From Candidatus Fermentimicrarchaeum limneticum (GTDB taxonomy: Archaea > Micrarchaeota > Micrarchaeia > Burarchaeales > Fermentimicrarchaeaceae): a DNA stretch of 64,000 nt. A model generated the notes under the pieces. It saw only the letters and a program-made list of their open reading frames with translations, was not told the DNA's origin and searched no databases. A program made the translations under genes and the position numbers. The first letter of the stretch is position 1. Each line of letters begins with the position of its first letter. The stretch covers positions 1,050,758 through 1,114,757 of the forward strand of contig CP058998.1 of assembly GCA_013426015.1 (NCBI GenBank), given 5' to 3'. Of this stretch, positions 17,183-26,866 are shown piece after piece.

Positions 17183-19308
17183 CCGTGCCGAGTGTTAAAA
17201 TATTGTCACTTTCCGTTTTTGTACTGCTTCTGTTACCCATGGCAAGGGCGCTTACAACAAATGCAACTGTAACAATAAAGAATCCTTCCGGACAGGCGGT
17301 GGTGAACAGTCAGCAGATGACCTGCACTGCGCTAGGCTCGGGAACGTTTTCCGGCTCCGCGTTTGACAGCCCTACTCTGTGCGGCTTTAACACAACTTCT
17401 GCCAATCTTATAAACCGCACCAATACGAGCTGCGCATACACATATACAAAGAATTACTCAGCAGAAGGTGCCTGGACTGCAAACGTTACATTCTACCACA
17501 CTGCATACGAGAATAGAGGAGTTAATATAGATACCACAAACGGAACTGTTGATACTCAGTCTCCACCAACGGGCCAGGCCACTTTGGACTGCACTGCAAA
17601 TACAACATGCGTGTCAGACCCACAGTGCAACAACACCCTGAACGAGTCAGTGAACATGACCATCTACGCGATAAACTGGGACACAACGCAGGCTGACTGT
17701 GTTGGTTACGGAAAGTTGTGGTATCCCGGTAAGACAAGCGGCTCAAATTACTACTGCTGCGGCGATGATGGAACCAGTGATGATTTTGCATACTGGAGCG
17801 GAACGACATGCATGTACTGCAATAATGGAGTCAACAGCAGCACAACCACAAAGTGTTCTGCCACTTCTGCGTACTGCACGGGGGGTGATAGCGCTACCTG
17901 TCAGAGTGGCGATGACAACTATTGCTGCTACAATGTTGGGTGCTCTTCAACTGGGGCGACGGGTTCTCAGACAAACATGGTTGGTGGCAATTGCACATGC
18001 ACAGATGACCTATGCTACTGGGGTTACTGTGACAATGCTTCTTGGGGTGGAGCGGGCTGCTACTACTCGGTTTCTTGTTCCTCCACTGGCTGGGTAGGCA
18101 ACCTACGCAGCCCTCCAAACGATCCTAGAAACCAGACAGTCTCACCCCAAATTGCAGAGCCTGAAACTACGCTGAATGTAACGGCGAATGTAAGCGACGA
18201 CACTCAGAATGCGCATATAATTGTCTACAATTCTTCAGTAACCACACCTGTCGGTTCCACCGCCATTTGTACTGGAAACGACGTGGGTTCGAATCAGAAT
18301 TCCTCGTGCACCTTCACGGCCTCGGCTGCAGGCTGCTCAGCTGGGAACTGTACGGTCAAAATAATAGCGAGTGAGGAGAACTCTGATGCATGCGGTCCAC
18401 CGAAGTATAGTTTCCATTTCGTTAATGTAAGCTTCACCTATAAGAACAGAAATGTCTCACCACCTACTCGCAACGCACCGGCAAGCGACCCGAATGTGCT
18501 TGTCGGCAACACCTTTGTGCTCAACTGCACTGCACTTACAGGAAATGCTTCCACTGGAATAAACATGTCCTTCCAGTTCAACTCAACAACAGCTGGTTGG
18601 GCGAATATAACCACGTCAGGTGGCTTGACCACAACTCAGACAAACCCAGCTGTGAATGTTCTGAATGGAACAGCATATGCAATCAATGTGACAGGCGTTA
18701 CACCTGGGACTTACTGGGTGCGCTGCCAGGCATTCAACTCAACCTACAGGGCAAACAGCACTGCTCAACAGGTGACAGTGACAACAATACCACCTACGAT
18801 AAATGTGAGCGCAGAGAGCTACCCGAACTGCGGTGCTGTTTTCTACAGAGTGAGCTTCTATGACGTTAATTCAAAACTCATTGACTCCTCTTTCTCCCTC
18901 AAGGTGATAGACCCAAGCGTGATAACTGTTCTGACTCAGGCTGCCCTCTACCCGAATAACGGAACGGGCGTGTACCTCGGCAGCTATCTGCTCAATACAA
19001 GCTCTCCGCTTGGAACGTGGCTGCTAAAGGTGACCGAAAGCTCTGGGGTGACCACGGGGAAGAATTTCTATGTAGTGACTACGTGTGGAGATGGAACTTG
19101 CACAGGAGGGGAGAACTGCGAGAACTGCGCAGCAGATTGTACCTGCTCAGGTTTCTGCCAGGAGGGCACCTGTTACACCTGCTCTGGCTCACACTCCGGC
19201 ACTTGTCCGAGCGAATCAAAGTGCTGCAATTGCGGTATGTGTAACCTCGGTTATTTGTGTATTCCAGAGGAAATGCAATGTGACGGTTTTACATGCGGAT
19301 GTCTCTAA
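17179..19308 (+). CDS. Large secreted Cys-rich surface protein with Ig-like domains
   Basis: Sec signal peptide (..ARA), Cys-rich blocks, many sequons, C-terminal CGDGTC..GENCENCAADC motif. Confidence 0.7.
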   Translation: MTVPSVKILSLSVFVLLLLPMARALTTNATVTIKNPSGQAVVNSQQMTCTALGSGTFSGSAFDSPTLCGFNTTSANLINRTNTSCAYTYTKNYSAEGAWTANVTFYHTAYENRGVNIDTTNGTVDTQSPPTGQATLDCTANTTCVSDPQCNNTLNESVNMTIYAINWDTTQADCVGYGKLWYPGKTSGSNYYCCGDDGTSDDFAYWSGTTCMYCNNGVNSSTTTKCSATSAYCTGGDSATCQSGDDNYCCYNVGCSSTGATGSQTNMVGGNCTCTDDLCYWGYCDNASWGGAGCYYSVSCSSTGWVGNLRSPPNDPRNQTVSPQIAEPETTLNVTANVSDDTQNAHIIVYNSSVTTPVGSTAICTGNDVGSNQNSSCTFTASAAGCSAGNCTVKIIASEENSDACGPPKYSFHFVNVSFTYKNRNVSPPTRNAPASDPNVLVGNTFVLNCTALTGNASTGINMSFQFNSTTAGWANITTSGGLTTTQTNPAVNVLNGTAYAINVTGVTPGTYWVRCQAFNSTYRANSTAQQVTVTTIPPTINVSAESYPNCGAVFYRVSFYDVNSKLIDSSFSLKVIDPSVITVLTQAALYPNNGTGVYLGSYLLNTSSPLGTWLLKVTESSGVTTGKNFYVVTTCGDGTCTGGENCENCAADCTCSGFCQEGTCYTCSGSHSGTCPSESKCCNCGMCNLGYLCIPEEMQCDGFTCGCL

Positions 19309-19387
19309 TCATCATTCTGAAAGACTAGGAAAAGGAATCAAAGCCGACACAACCTATATTTTAATATCCTGCCGATAAAATTGTCTT

Positions 19388-20041
19388 ATGCGCAGAGGGC
19401 AGATAAGCTTTGACTTCCTCGTCATAGTAGTTTTTGCCTTCATAATATTCCTCGAGATGTTCCAGCTGTATGCGCTCGAGAGCAGGTCAAGCAGCATAAT
19501 AGAAGGAAAGGCGAGTGCCCTGAGTGTGTGCAGCAAGGTTGCGAGAACAATAAACGAGGTTCTCAAGGCAAACGAAACCAGCGCGGTTGTGACGATACCC
19601 GAGACTTTGGACACTGGCGATACTTACTATCTCAGCATAAAAGCCGCTGGGAGGAGGGTTGATGTCTTCTGGCCGGTTTCAGCACAGAATAGAAGCGTCA
19701 CAGTGCCCATACTGACGAGTAATGTCACTGAGCGGAACATATCAAAATCTCTGGGCTCTGGCGAGACGACAATCAACATCACCAATCGAAATGGAACAGT
19801 GGGCATTTTTATCCTTGGAACATGCGACAACACTGTTTGCGAAGCTGGGGAGAACTGCGAGAACTGCGTTGCAGACTGCACCTGCTATTGTGGGGATGGA
19901 CTGTGCACCCATGCAGCAGGAGAGGACTGCAATACATGCGTGGCTGACTGCGACTGTGAGGCGCCAGCTTCAATCTGCTGTCCTGAATACACAGAGGCGC
20001 ACGGTCTTTGTGTTCTTCAGAGCCAGATGTGTAATCCATAG
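19388..20041 (+). CDS. Type IV pilin-like protein with Cys-rich tail
   Basis: MRRG|QISFD class III signal. C-terminal GENCENCVADC/CGDGLC repeats. Confidence 0.75.
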   Translation: MRRGQISFDFLVIVVFAFIIFLEMFQLYALESRSSSIIEGKASALSVCSKVARTINEVLKANETSAVVTIPETLDTGDTYYLSIKAAGRRVDVFWPVSAQNRSVTVPILTSNVTERNISKSLGSGETTINITNRNGTVGIFILGTCDNTVCEAGENCENCVADCTCYCGDGLCTHAAGEDCNTCVADCDCEAPASICCPEYTEAHGLCVLQSQMCNP

Positions 20042-20120
20042 CTACTCTCTGGATAGGTAAAAAGAGGTCTATTAACGGTCAACCTATATTTTTAATACCA
20101 ATATGCTGAAATAGTAACAG

Positions 20121-22160
20121 ATGAGAAAAGGCCAGCTGTTCAGCCAAGACATAATATTCGCGATAGTCCTGGTATTGTTCACGTTCTCGCTATGGCTTAT
20201 ACTGAGGGACAGGGTGCTGCACGTAATATCCATAACTGAGGACAGGAGGGAGATTGACGAAGCAGCATCAGAAGCCATCGGCCAGCTTCTTGAAACCTCT
20301 GGAAGGCCGACAAACTGGAATAGGCTCTCGGCAATAGACGAAAATACAGTGGAAAGCGTAGGTCTTGCAAGTGAAAGAAACGTTCTGGACAGCGACAAGG
20401 TTGACAAATTCGTAGGCCTAGCGAAAAATCAGATAAGCAGTTTTGTTCTTCTTGCAGCCCTGTGGCATTTCGACGAGGGAATCGACACCACTGCCGCAGA
20501 CAGCTCCGGAAACGGGAATACTGCCGTGTTCAACGGCACTTCACTAACCACATTGGTTCCAAACAGCGTAAACAAGGCGTATTATGCTTCCTCCGCAGTA
20601 TCGGATTCACCAAGCCAGGCAACAACGGAATTCTGGTCGGGAAAATACACCAATGTCCAAAGCTCGGATGCCGCCTATGCATTTGATAGTGCATCCGTTT
20701 CGCAATATGAAGACTGCAAGACACCGTCGCTATCCGGCTCCTGCGCATGCGCAAACGCAGGGATATGCGAGGAGGACACTGTAGAAGGCTGCACCACTGG
20801 CACCATAACGTGCACCTCCACCGGATGCAACCAGAGAGGGAATGCAACGAACTCCAGCAATACTTGCACTGCTTATCCATCTGAGAGCGGATGCAGGGAC
20901 CCTGATCCATGGGACTGCCCTGAGAGCGGAGTAATATGCACTAGTGGAGCCTGCACACCATCCTGCCAGAATCTAGGTTCCTGTTACTATACATGCAACG
21001 CCGGCTACTACAACTGCAATAACGACATAACGACTGACGGCTGCGAAAGCAACTCAGCCTGCTATAATTTCGCCATTCAGAGATACACCTTCAACCTCAG
21101 CTCCTATACTTGGAGTGAGGTGGGCAGCCTGCAATTCTGTTTTGAGGGTTACAACTCGTCCACCGGCGGATTGGCAACAGCAGAACTGATGTGGTATAAC
21201 GTCTCCGGAAGCTCCTGGGTCAGCTCCACCCAAATTTCATCAACAGAGGGCACATGGTGCCTCTCATTCAGCGGTGATAATCTAACTTCGCTTTACAATG
21301 AAACCGGAACATGGGTCCAGTTCGCCGTAAGGGGCAACCAGTCGAAGACAGGGCATGCATTAACACTGGCCGTGGACTATGTATACCTAAACATGACCCG
21401 ATCCCACGCAGTTGAATCGTTATGGACAACGGGAAAATCCGGCAACGGGATCTTTCTTGATGGCGCCGCCCATATGGATGTGGCCGATTCCTCCACCTTG
21501 GACATAACGAACCAGCTTACTATCGAGGCCTGGGTGAAGTCGAGTACTCTCTCCCCGTCCTACCAGACAGTACTCCAGAAAGGCGATTCTTCCAATGAGA
21601 ACTACGGATTGTATCTGAAAGGGAGCGAGGTTTACTTCGAGTGGCTAAACAGCGGGCTCAAATCGAACGAAACAGCGTCAGCAAACCTTCAGGCAAACCG
21701 CTGGCAGCACGTGGCTCTGGTTTTCAATTACTCGGGAGGTTGGGGCAAGCTTTACGTAGACGGCTATGAGAAAAAGAACTTTTCAGTGTCCGCTGACCTG
21801 CTTGCAAACAACGGCAAGCTCCTGATTGGACAAAACAGCTCCGCAGGCAATTATTTCAACGGAACGCTGGACGAGGTTGCAATCTACTCTAGGGCAAAGT
21901 CGGCGGATGAGATAAGGGACGACGCAGGCGCCGGATACACTACAGTAAAGAGGCTTCTGGGTCTGGAGAGGGAAGGATACACCTTCAATTTCACAATCGC
22001 AGATATGGGCGGGAATGTGCTTTACAGCGTCAATGCCTCCCCGCAGGCTGCTCCAAGCGGCGCAGGCTTCGCCGCGGTTAACACCACTGCCTTTATTGAA
22101 AGATTTGCATTATTGAATGACTCCTTGGTCAGGGTCACACTGGGTGTATGGATTGAATAG
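20121..22160 (+). CDS. Pilin-like adhesin with inserted LamG (ConA-like) domain
   Basis: MRKG|QLFSQD signal, GRPTNW motif, LamG motifs WHFDEG, TIEAWVK, WQHVA, FNGTLDEVAIY. Confidence 0.8.
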   Translation: MRKGQLFSQDIIFAIVLVLFTFSLWLILRDRVLHVISITEDRREIDEAASEAIGQLLETSGRPTNWNRLSAIDENTVESVGLASERNVLDSDKVDKFVGLAKNQISSFVLLAALWHFDEGIDTTAADSSGNGNTAVFNGTSLTTLVPNSVNKAYYASSAVSDSPSQATTEFWSGKYTNVQSSDAAYAFDSASVSQYEDCKTPSLSGSCACANAGICEEDTVEGCTTGTITCTSTGCNQRGNATNSSNTCTAYPSESGCRDPDPWDCPESGVICTSGACTPSCQNLGSCYYTCNAGYYNCNNDITTDGCESNSACYNFAIQRYTFNLSSYTWSEVGSLQFCFEGYNSSTGGLATAELMWYNVSGSSWVSSTQISSTEGTWCLSFSGDNLTSLYNETGTWVQFAVRGNQSKTGHALTLAVDYVYLNMTRSHAVESLWTTGKSGNGIFLDGAAHMDVADSSTLDITNQLTIEAWVKSSTLSPSYQTVLQKGDSSNENYGLYLKGSEVYFEWLNSGLKSNETASANLQANRWQHVALVFNYSGGWGKLYVDGYEKKNFSVSADLLANNGKLLIGQNSSAGNYFNGTLDEVAIYSRAKSADEIRDDAGAGYTTVKRLLGLEREGYTFNFTIADMGGNVLYSVNASPQAAPSGAGFAAVNTTAFIERFALLNDSLVRVTLGVWIE

Positions 22161-22569
22161 GGCATTCATCTTCACATTGGATGCGATTCTCGCGGTGATA
22201 CTGTGCTCCATGCTCTTCTTCTCAACCTACTACCTTCTGGCGAAATTCCAATATTCTGTAGTGAGGGAAACCGCCCTCGTCAACATCTGCTCGGATGTCC
22301 TGACCTCGCTGGAGAAGAACCACACGCTGCAGAATTCCATAACCTACTCCCGCACGTCGGACATACGCAACGTCCTGAACAACCTACCTTCAAACACATG
22401 CTCGGATCTCGTGATATACTCCTATGACAACAAACCGCTGCTCATAACCGCAAAGACGGGCTGCAACTGCACGGCAAGCCGCTCGTTGGTAGTTAGGAGC
22501 TTCGTTATTCCTGAGAGCAATGGAACGCTTTCAACATATATGGCTAAGATGGAGGCGTGCTACACATGA
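22153..22569 (+). CDS. Minor pilin-like protein
   Basis: TTG start gives MNRA|FIFTLDAILAV class III-like N-terminus. Overlaps both neighbours. Confidence 0.7.
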   Translation: MNRAFIFTLDAILAVILCSMLFFSTYYLLAKFQYSVVRETALVNICSDVLTSLEKNHTLQNSITYSRTSDIRNVLNNLPSNTCSDLVIYSYDNKPLLITAKTGCNCTASRSLVVRSFVIPESNGTLSTYMAKMEACYT

Positions 22570-25500
22570 GGAGGGCATTCCTTTTCTCAGTGATATTTGT
22601 GCTGCTTTTCACAGTCTTCCTGCTGCTCTCAGCTTTCTACCTAAAAATCCTGCAGAGCAGCGAGATAGATATCGCGCAGGCAGGCAACATAACCAAGGTC
22701 GTTTACACTAGAGACGACATAGCAACTGACCTCTTGGACTACCTGCAACTTGCCGTGAATATTGAGAGCAACTCCACCAATACCATCCTGAACATATCTG
22801 ATGTGCTCACATCCCCGTATAGCAATCCAAACTCATCGCTTGATTCCTACAAGAGCATCATAAACGGCACTTATTCAAACCAGACCAATCTCCTTGACCC
22901 AAGCACAAACCTCTCCGTCATCTCGCTGGACACCACCTCATTCGAGTCCTCGCCGTCACTCAGCTTCCTCAACTCCAACTCCTCGCTCAACCTCCGCTAT
23001 TCTTACAACAATCTCAGCAAGAACGAGCTGATAATAAACGGCTCGAGCCTTACGAGAAACTACTCGGTGACAGCAAGACTGAACAACACATGCATGAACA
23101 ATAACTGCACCAACGCCACATTCGCCGGAGGACCGCCGACCGTTGACAACTCAACGCGCGGCATGTGGCATTTTGACGAGGGCACTGGCACAACAACTGC
23201 TGACAGCTCAGGAAAAGGAGGTACCGGAACTATAAACGGAACTACAAACTGGATTGGAAGTAGATTCGGAAATGCTTTGAACTTCAGCACAGACTACACT
23301 GACTTTGTTAGCATTCCAGATTCAAATGATTTGGATTTAAACGCAAGTTTCACAATTGAATTTTGGTTTAGATTCCGTTACATTGGTGGAATTTATAGAC
23401 CAATACTTGGCAAGGCGACTGGAAGCATGGCAGTAAGTCAAAATTATGTAGCATTTTTGAATATCGTACCACAACTCGTATTTTTGATAGCGAATGGAGC
23501 AAGTGCTCAAACTATAAACTCAAGCGTATTATCAGCGAATACATGGTACCACGGAGCATTTACTGCTGATGGCAGCACAATAAAAATATACCTTAATGGC
23601 GTTCTGCAAGATTCTGCAACGCAGACTCTAACGCCATTGGTTAACAATCAACCCTTATATATAGGAACCGCAAACTATTCTCCAAGTGGATTCAAAGGGG
23701 CCATAGACGAGGTTGCAATCTACTCCCGTGCAAAGTCCGCGGATGAGATATACGCCGATGCAAATCTATTCCACTGGGACTGGGGCCCGATTGCAATAAA
23801 CAGCAATATCTCCGCAGCATGGCATTTCGATGAGGGAAGTGGAAACATCTCTTACGACAGCTCCGGAAATGGAAACAGCTGCAGCTTCAACGGCACAACA
23901 GCACCACAACTCCTCCCAGACAGCACCCATAAGGCATATCTTATCTCCTCTACAACAACCGACTCCCCCAACCAGGCAACAACGGAATTCAGCTCTGCCC
24001 AGTATAACACAATAAACACTTCTGACGATCTTTATACAACCTCAACCGCACAGGAAAGCATAACACAAAGCTGCAATTCGCCGACATTAGGTGGTTGCGA
24101 GGGCAACCCTCCTTCATATGACTGCGATATAGATGATTGCTCACCAGTTACCTGTACGTCCCCCGCCTCATGGTGCAATAATCTAGCCAATTCAGTTTGG
24201 ACTAGCACCTGTGCAAAAACAACTGCATCGTGTGTATGTAGATACAATAAAATAGGTTTCTTTTACTGCCTGCCAGGTGGCTGTAGTAAAACTGGCTTAT
24301 GCAGCTATACATGCAACTCTGGCTATTACGATTCAAACGGGCTGGACTCGGATGGCTGTGAGACCACTACGCCTGCTTATATCCACACATTCCAGAGATA
24401 CACCTTCAACCTCTCCGCCTACAACTGGAATGACGTAACCGAACTGAAATTCTGCTGGGAGGGAAAATACAATGTATCTGGAACTGGCGGAAGCCCACTC
24501 AATTCCTCGGAACTATACTGGTATAATGTAAGTTCTGCAACTTGGACTACATGGCAAACATTACCTTACAATTCAGAGAACACCTATTGTGTGAATTTCA
24601 GCAATGTAAACCTCACCGATGTTTATAATTCAACAGGCACATGGGTCCAGTTCGCCGTAAGGGGCAACCAGTCGAAGACAGGGCATACCTTAACAATATA
24701 CGCGGATTACGCTTACCTCAACGTGACACACACCCTTGTCTCATCTTGGACTGCTGGAAAATTCAACTGGGGGCTGGGTTTGGATGGGGTTGCGACGTAT
24801 GCTGAGGCAGAGGACTCCTCAAGCTTGGATATAACAACCCAGCTAACAATTGAGGCATGGATTAAACCCTATCCCACTTATGATCCATCTTGCTCAGGTA
24901 TCTGCCAGCTGCCGATAGTGGTAAAGGGGTCGAATGCTCCGCTTTATAACTATTATTTTTCGGTCTACAACACTTCTGGACCTCTTTATCTGTCTTTTAC
25001 TTATACTAATTCTGAGGGGAGTGCGTTTGCATTTCGAAGTTCTGATGGGTCGATACAAACAGGGGTTTGGCAGCATGTAGCGGTAGTTTTTGATTACTCA
25101 GTGAAGTCTCTAACCTTTTATATCAATGGAGTTGCAGCGCCAGGTGATTCCAGCTCCACTACCTTTGATCTTGGCGTAAATAACCTTCCGGTGACCATAG
25201 GAGGGAACAATGATGGCACACCCAGCTTCAACGGAACGCTGGACGAGGTTGCAATCTACTCCCGCGCAAAATCAGCGGATGAGATATACGCGGACGCAAA
25301 CCCCGTTTACATATCGCTTGATGTGAGAGATGCGCTGAACAGCTCAGTAACCGTAAGAGGCGCAAGTGCTGGGTACGTTAATCCTGGCGGAAACAACACC
25401 TTCTACCTTAAGACGAACAACAACGGGATGCTTAACATGACTGCAGGCGGCTACTCGGGGCTGTATTCGCTCAGGATGCATGCAAACAACACAAGGGCGA

Positions 25501-25613
25501 GCCTGCTCATCAAAACAGTGCAAGAAGGCGTCTCAAGCATCCAGGCAGTTCTGCCAGTCCAGCTGCGACTATACCAGCAGACATTCAGCAATCTGATAAT
25601 AGCTGAAAAATAG
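22566..25613 (+). CDS. Large pilin-like adhesin with two LamG domains
   Basis: MRRA|FLFS plus hydrophobic helix. Two WHFDEG...DEVAIYSRAKSADEI modules. ATGA overlap with the upstream stop. Confidence 0.8.
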   Translation: MRRAFLFSVIFVLLFTVFLLLSAFYLKILQSSEIDIAQAGNITKVVYTRDDIATDLLDYLQLAVNIESNSTNTILNISDVLTSPYSNPNSSLDSYKSIINGTYSNQTNLLDPSTNLSVISLDTTSFESSPSLSFLNSNSSLNLRYSYNNLSKNELIINGSSLTRNYSVTARLNNTCMNNNCTNATFAGGPPTVDNSTRGMWHFDEGTGTTTADSSGKGGTGTINGTTNWIGSRFGNALNFSTDYTDFVSIPDSNDLDLNASFTIEFWFRFRYIGGIYRPILGKATGSMAVSQNYVAFLNIVPQLVFLIANGASAQTINSSVLSANTWYHGAFTADGSTIKIYLNGVLQDSATQTLTPLVNNQPLYIGTANYSPSGFKGAIDEVAIYSRAKSADEIYADANLFHWDWGPIAINSNISAAWHFDEGSGNISYDSSGNGNSCSFNGTTAPQLLPDSTHKAYLISSTTTDSPNQATTEFSSAQYNTINTSDDLYTTSTAQESITQSCNSPTLGGCEGNPPSYDCDIDDCSPVTCTSPASWCNNLANSVWTSTCAKTTASCVCRYNKIGFFYCLPGGCSKTGLCSYTCNSGYYDSNGLDSDGCETTTPAYIHTFQRYTFNLSAYNWNDVTELKFCWEGKYNVSGTGGSPLNSSELYWYNVSSATWTTWQTLPYNSENTYCVNFSNVNLTDVYNSTGTWVQFAVRGNQSKTGHTLTIYADYAYLNVTHTLVSSWTAGKFNWGLGLDGVATYAEAEDSSSLDITTQLTIEAWIKPYPTYDPSCSGICQLPIVVKGSNAPLYNYYFSVYNTSGPLYLSFTYTNSEGSAFAFRSSDGSIQTGVWQHVAVVFDYSVKSLTFYINGVAAPGDSSSTTFDLGVNNLPVTIGGNNDGTPSFNGTLDEVAIYSRAKSADEIYADANPVYISLDVRDALNSSVTVRGASAGYVNPGGNNTFYLKTNNNGMLNMTAGGYSGLYSLRMHANNTRASLLIKTVQEGVSSIQAVLPVQLRLYQQTFSNLIIAEK

Positions 25614-26618
25614 CTATACCACGGAGAGCAGGGATTTAAGGATGTAGCCGTGTATCACCATGAACACAGCAAGCGATATCACAATTAGATAAAGGCTGTA
25701 CTTCAGTCCATTGAGCTCATTCCCATCATGTATCACGCCAATCAGCATGCTTACCGTGAAGGAGGTCACGATTATTGTGATAATGGATATATCGAAAAGG
25801 AAGTCGGAGGATATTGGGGTTCCCATGAAAAGCCCCACCTCTGAAGTGAGTGACGTGCTTGCGCCCTTTGCTTGAAGCGAGCCTATCAAGTCGACAAACT
25901 CAATTGATATGGAAAGAAGAGCGGGCATCCCGATAAGGACCGCGAAGAGTATGAATACGATATACATGTTCGTCCCTGCGATGAGCTGCCTTCTCAGTTC
26001 CTGGCTCTCCAGTATGTCGTCAGCTGCGTTCTCAAGCAGGACTGCCAGGCTTCCGCCGGAACGCATGCTGACTATGAACAGCGCAACAGTCCTTTCGAGA
26101 ACTTCGGACTTTATCCTCTTTGACATTTCCTTCAATGCGTCAGTAAATGATTCTATGCCAAGCGATTTTGCCGTGACGAACCTTACCTCCTCCTCAAGGG
26201 GACCGAACTCCGGCCTGGCAGAAATCCTCAGAGCCGCAAGGGGCGTAAGGCCTGCCCTTATGTTTGCCGCAATTAGCTGGAGTGCGTCAGGCAGTACATT
26301 TTCAATCCTCTTCCTCCTGTCCTCGACTCTGAAGTGAAGCACAAGGTACAGGGTGAACAGGGTGAACAGGAAAACGCCTATTCCTACAAGCAGCAGGACG
26401 GCAACTGCCATTATCTCCAAGACGATCCAGATGAAGAGCAGTGTTGCCACCCCAAACAGCAGCGACAGCAGCAGGACGGAACCGAACCATACTCTGGCAT
26501 CCATCCTCACGCCGGAGTAATCAAGCATCTCCTCTATGTGCCTGGTGATACCTTTAGGAGTGAGATTTCCGAACGCATAATACAATTTTCTCAAATCCTT
26601 CATATCCATAACAATCAT
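25614..26618 (-). CDS. Type IV pilus platform protein (T2SS F/TadC-like)
   Basis: LPDALQLIAANIRAG, PEFGPLEEE, SGGSLA, multi-TM. Confidence 0.9.
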   Translation of the reverse strand: MIVMDMKDLRKLYYAFGNLTPKGITRHIEEMLDYSGVRMDARVWFGSVLLLSLLFGVATLLFIWIVLEIMAVAVLLLVGIGVFLFTLFTLYLVLHFRVEDRRKRIENVLPDALQLIAANIRAGLTPLAALRISARPEFGPLEEEVRFVTAKSLGIESFTDALKEMSKRIKSEVLERTVALFIVSMRSGGSLAVLLENAADDILESQELRRQLIAGTNMYIVFILFAVLIGMPALLSISIEFVDLIGSLQAKGASTSLTSEVGLFMGTPISSDFLFDISIITIIVTSFTVSMLIGVIHDGNELNGLKYSLYLIVISLAVFMVIHGYILKSLLSVV

Positions 26619-26628
26619 CTATCCTTAC

Positions 26629-26846
26629 TGCCGAAGTTTATTACTGGAAAGTTACCCCCCTTCAGGAGGTTTATATACCCTGAGCTGGATATGCTTATAA
26701 GCTGTTGGAGCGGATGCAAATCCAGATTTCCAACAACCGAGTCCCAGTAAACGGACTCCTGCGTTCCGATGAAACTGGTTGCAACAATGCTGTGCATCTC
26801 AATCAACCTCTTGAAGGAATGCCCACTTCATAGGTGGGTAGTTTAC
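26629..26846 (+). mobile_element. 218-bp non-autonomous IS200/IS605-like element (no ORF; promoter, structured RNA, right end)
   Basis: TTAC at 26625-28 and 26843-46. Removal restores TAA-GGATAG-ATG between the two platform genes. The 3' end gaatgcccacttcataggtgggtagtttac resembles the right end of the tnpB element at 29.6 kb. Confidence 0.7.
26643..26677 (+). promoter_or_regulatory. Conserved 15-bp box plus TATA
   Basis: ACTGGAAAGTTACCC (26643-57), TTTATATA (26670-77). Confidence 0.7.
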
Positions 26847-26866
26847 GTGTGCGCCACAGGCCTCCT
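26700..26866 (+). ncRNA. Putative stand-alone TnpB omega-RNA (scaffold plus flank-derived guide)
   Basis: Starts at the expected TSS. Hairpins gttgga..ggat-GCAA-atcc..tccaac, gagtcc..ggactc, cccac..gtggg. Confidence 0.5.

Noticed and set aside
20121..25613. Diversity-generating retroelement target/template pair
   Set aside because: No reverse transcriptase in the window, and differences between repeats are not adenine-specific.
26691..26750. 19-codon ORF MLISCW... in the mini-element
   Set aside because: The ATG is only 13 nt after the TATA box, upstream of the expected TSS. At most a tnpB start remnant.
26720..26790. Hammerhead ribozyme (gatgaaac)
   Set aside because: The CUGANGA core is absent.
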